A stretch of DNA of 62,358 bases, the filler included. It is 7 parts of 7 records of this genome, joined end to end, with 100 filler letters (N's around TTAATTAATTAA, not from the genome) between each part and the next. Parts side by side here need not be neighbours in the genome. Positions count along the whole stretch, not along the records: positions 58,792 to 62,358 come from SRR20825010_44; 6 more parts are not named here. One strand, 5' to 3'. The notes beneath the pieces are model-generated. The model made no database searches, had not been told where the DNA came from, and saw only the letters and a program-made list of their open reading frames with translations. Within the stretch, counting starts at the first letter, position 1, and the number at the start of each line of letters is the position of its first letter. Below are positions 59,715 to 62,358 of this stretch, piece by piece. A program made the translations under genes and the position numbers.

Positions 59715-59742
59715 AAAGTCCAGATGTTTCTGGACTTTTTTT
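59715..59742 (+). terminator. Intrinsic terminator
   Basis: AAAGTCCAGA-TGTT-TCTGGACTTTTTTT. Confidence 0.8.
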
Positions 59743-59967
59743 GTATTTTATTTCATTAATGTCAGAGAAAAAATGCAAGACCGCTTCGCTGCAAGAAAAT
59801 ATAGTTATTAAATCCGCTACTTGTTTATATTTTTTAATGGTAAGATTTCATTTTAAAAACCTCATATAAGACTTGATATAACAGAAGTTTAATAAATTCT
59901 ATTTATTTTAAAAGGATAGCAATGATTACCTTTATACAATCCACAGGAATTTTATGAAATAGATAAA

Positions 59968-62265
59968 ATGACAAAAAGAAAGTATCGAGATATTAGTACG
60001 GAGGGGAATATTAAATTTTCTGGAATTACACTTAAAGAACCCGAAACATATGCGGCAGGATTTAAAGCTGTGAAAGTAGCTTTGAAACATGCTTTTAAAG
60101 AAATGGGGATTACTCGTCCGTTAGGAGCACTTTCCCATATGAATCAAAAGGGAGGTTTTGATTGCCCAAGTTGCGCCTGGCCTGACCCAGAGCATCGTTC
60201 AAAATTAGGGGAGTATTGTGAAAACGGAGCGAAAGCGCTAGCAGAAGAAGCTACTACCAAGCGTGTAAATACTGATTTTTTTAAAAAATATGCTGTTGAA
60301 GAACTCTCCACATGGACAGATTATGAAATTGGAAAAAGTGGCCGTATTGAAACACCTATGTTTTTAGATACTGAAAGTTCTAATTATACACCTATTTCAT
60401 GGCAGGATGCTTTTAATATTGTAGCTGAAGAGTTACAGCTACTTAATTCTCCAGATGAAGCTATTTTTTATACCTCTGGAAGGTCTAGTAATGAAGCTGC
60501 CTTTTTATACGGACTTTTTGCACGTGCTTTTGGAACTAACAATATGCCCGATTGTTCCAATATGTGTCATGAGTCAAGCGGCGTAGCATTAGGTGAAACA
60601 CTAGGTATCGGAAAGGGTTCTGTAAAACTTGAAGATTTATATAAAGCTGAGGTTATTATGGTGATTGGGCAAAATCCAGGTACAAATCATCCTCGAATGT
60701 TATCCGCATTAGAAAAATGTAAAAATAATGGCGGCCATATAATAAGTGTAAATCCTTTGGAAGAAGCTGGTCTAACACGGTTTAAAAATCCACAGGAAGT
60801 AAACGGATTTTTTTCAGGAACTGCTATAAGCAATATCCATCTTCCTGTAAAAATTAATGGAGATGTAGCATTATTAAAGCTAATCATGAAAAAATTAGCC
60901 ATTCTGGATGAAGGTAATAAGGAGGTTTTTGATCATCATTTTATTGAAAAATATACTGCAGGATATCAATCTTTTATAAATCATTTAAATCAATTTTCAG
61001 AAGAAGAACTTTTAAATCAATGTGGAGTCAACGAGGGTTTAATAAATCAAACTGTTGCATTATTAGCAAAAAATAAGAAAATTATTATATGCTGGGCAAT
61101 GGGACTTACACAACATAAAAATGGAGTTGAAAATATCCAAGAATGTGTAAATTTATTATTGCTGAAGGGGAGTTTAGGGAAACCTGGTGCAGGCACATGC
61201 CCTGTTCGGGGGCATAGCAATGTACAAGGAGATCGAACGGTTGGGATTATGCATTTTGTGAATGAAAAATTAAATGAAAATATTAAAAAAACATTTTTAT
61301 TTGACGCACCAACCAAAGAAGGTTTTGATACCGTAAAAGCTATTAAAGCAATGCATGAAGAACGTGCAAAAGTGTTTATAGCCTTGGGAGGAAATTTTTT
61401 ATCTGCAGCCTCAGATACTAATTATACAGCCACGGCATTACAAAACTGTAATCTTACGGTGCATATAAGCACAAAATTAAATCGGTCGCATCTGGTTCCA
61501 GGAAAGAAAGCATTGATTTTACCAACGCTAGGTCGGTCTGAACAAGATAAAAAAAATGGAACTTCTCGTTTTTTAACAGTTGAAAATAGTATGGGTAAAG
61601 TTCATCAAACCAAAGGAATTTTAAAGCCTGCCTCGAGTAATTTAAAGAGCGAGCCTGAAATAATTGGAGGGATTGCAAATGCTTATTTTAAAGGAGAACA
61701 TCCTGTAAATTGGCTAGAATTAAGCGCAAATTACCATTTGATTAGAGAAAAAATGGGAGCTGTACTTTCTGGTTTTAAAAAGGTCTCAGAAAAAAGTGAA
61801 GCAGGAGGTTACTATCTTCCAAATAATGTTAGAGAATTAGATTTTAGTATGCTTCCACAGGGAAAAGCGCAATTTACCAATTGCAATTTACCGTTGCATA
61901 ATTTAAATGAAAATGAATTTCTATTGATGACTATTCGTTCACACGACCAATTTAATACTACAATTTATGGGCTTAACGACCGTTATCGAGGGATTTACAA
62001 TGAGAGACGTGTTGTTTTGATGAATGAAGAGGACATGAAAAAGCATCAATTAAAGAAACTTGATATTGTAGATTTAGTTAGTAATTATGATGGTATTGAA
62101 CGTATTGCAAAACAATTCTTAGTAGTTCCGTATAAAATTCCGAAGCAAAATTTAGCAGCTTATTTTCCTGAAACAAATGTGTTGATTCCTATTAATCAAT
62201 ATGCCGATAAAAGTTATACCCCCATTAGCAAGTCTATAAAAGTAAGTATTAAAAAAGCGAAGTAA
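59968..62265 (+). CDS. FdhF/YdeP-family molybdopterin oxidoreductase
   Basis: GFDCPSCAWPD, CENGAKA, PDCSNMCHESSG, PVRGHSNVQG and RSHDQFNTTIYG. Confidence 0.93.
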   Translation: MTKRKYRDISTEGNIKFSGITLKEPETYAAGFKAVKVALKHAFKEMGITRPLGALSHMNQKGGFDCPSCAWPDPEHRSKLGEYCENGAKALAEEATTKRVNTDFFKKYAVEELSTWTDYEIGKSGRIETPMFLDTESSNYTPISWQDAFNIVAEELQLLNSPDEAIFYTSGRSSNEAAFLYGLFARAFGTNNMPDCSNMCHESSGVALGETLGIGKGSVKLEDLYKAEVIMVIGQNPGTNHPRMLSALEKCKNNGGHIISVNPLEEAGLTRFKNPQEVNGFFSGTAISNIHLPVKINGDVALLKLIMKKLAILDEGNKEVFDHHFIEKYTAGYQSFINHLNQFSEEELLNQCGVNEGLINQTVALLAKNKKIIICWAMGLTQHKNGVENIQECVNLLLLKGSLGKPGAGTCPVRGHSNVQGDRTVGIMHFVNEKLNENIKKTFLFDAPTKEGFDTVKAIKAMHEERAKVFIALGGNFLSAASDTNYTATALQNCNLTVHISTKLNRSHLVPGKKALILPTLGRSEQDKKNGTSRFLTVENSMGKVHQTKGILKPASSNLKSEPEIIGGIANAYFKGEHPVNWLELSANYHLIREKMGAVLSGFKKVSEKSEAGGYYLPNNVRELDFSMLPQGKAQFTNCNLPLHNLNENEFLLMTIRSHDQFNTTIYGLNDRYRGIYNERRVVLMNEEDMKKHQLKKLDIVDLVSNYDGIERIAKQFLVVPYKIPKQNLAAYFPETNVLIPINQYADKSYTPISKSIKVSIKKAK

Positions 62266-62292
62266 TTTTTTCTGAAACAATACCTTTGCATT

Positions 62293-62358
62293 ATGGCTGG
62301 AATTTATATTCATATCCCGTTTTGCAAGCAAGCTTGCCATTATTGCGATTTTCATTTT
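62293..62358 (+). CDS. hemW: Radical SAM heme chaperone HemW, N-terminal fragment
   Basis: MAGIYIHIPFCKQACHYCDFHF with CxxxCxxC. TACCTTTG ends 4 nt upstream. Confidence 0.88.
   Translation, partial: MAGIYIHIPFCKQACHYCDFHF

Noticed and set aside
59968-62265. Selenocysteine formate dehydrogenase
   Set aside because: There is no in-frame TGA. It is a Cys-containing YdeP-type protein (SNMCH).
1-62358. CRISPR array, transposase, integrase, prophage or defence system
   Set aside because: No repeat-spacer array or such motifs were found. The excisionase-like HTH is part of a response regulator, and dgt is in a housekeeping-type context.

Overview
This window is not one genomic locus. It is seven contig fragments joined by six artificial 100-bp spacers (N44-TTAATTAATTAA-N44), and the fragments come from clearly different bacteria. 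Taxa are inferred from protein style, base composition and promoter motifs, not from a search. (1) 1-4932, Flavobacteriaceae housekeeping: tpiA, prmA, clpS and a partial tRNA-Arg. (2) 5033-13158, Cyclobacteriaceae-like: SDR, rlmD, serine hydrolase, HtrA, MscS. (3) 13259-26470, Flavobacteriaceae phosphate-uptake locus (PiT-PhoU, porin, TonB-dependent receptor, lipoprotein), then dgt, a T9SS M36 peptidase and the end of dxs. (4) 26571-45247, GC-richer proteobacterium (Limnobacter-like): a multiheme cytochrome c with a membrane partner, a System I ccm operon with a CcmA-CcmB fusion, a hybrid kinase with an Xis-HTH response regulator, and a three-gene DUF11 operon. (5) 45348-50762, planctomycete (Gimesia-like). 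(6) 50863-58691, Flavobacteriaceae secA region. (7) 58792-62358, Flavobacteriaceae FdhF/YdeP and hemW. Top findings: (a) the DUF11 operon has split Ig-like domains that suggest a cap-shaft-base fibre polymerising by beta-hairpin complementation, possibly with inter-subunit Lys-Asn isopeptide bonds; (b) an unannotated ~90-nt three-hairpin sRNA in the phosphate locus has a loop complementary to the porin and PiT translation-initiation regions; (c) an 11-bp-period Pho-box-like motif sits at an identical distance from three promoters; (d) 9-bp ATYGGTAAT repeats flank the Xis-HTH regulator.
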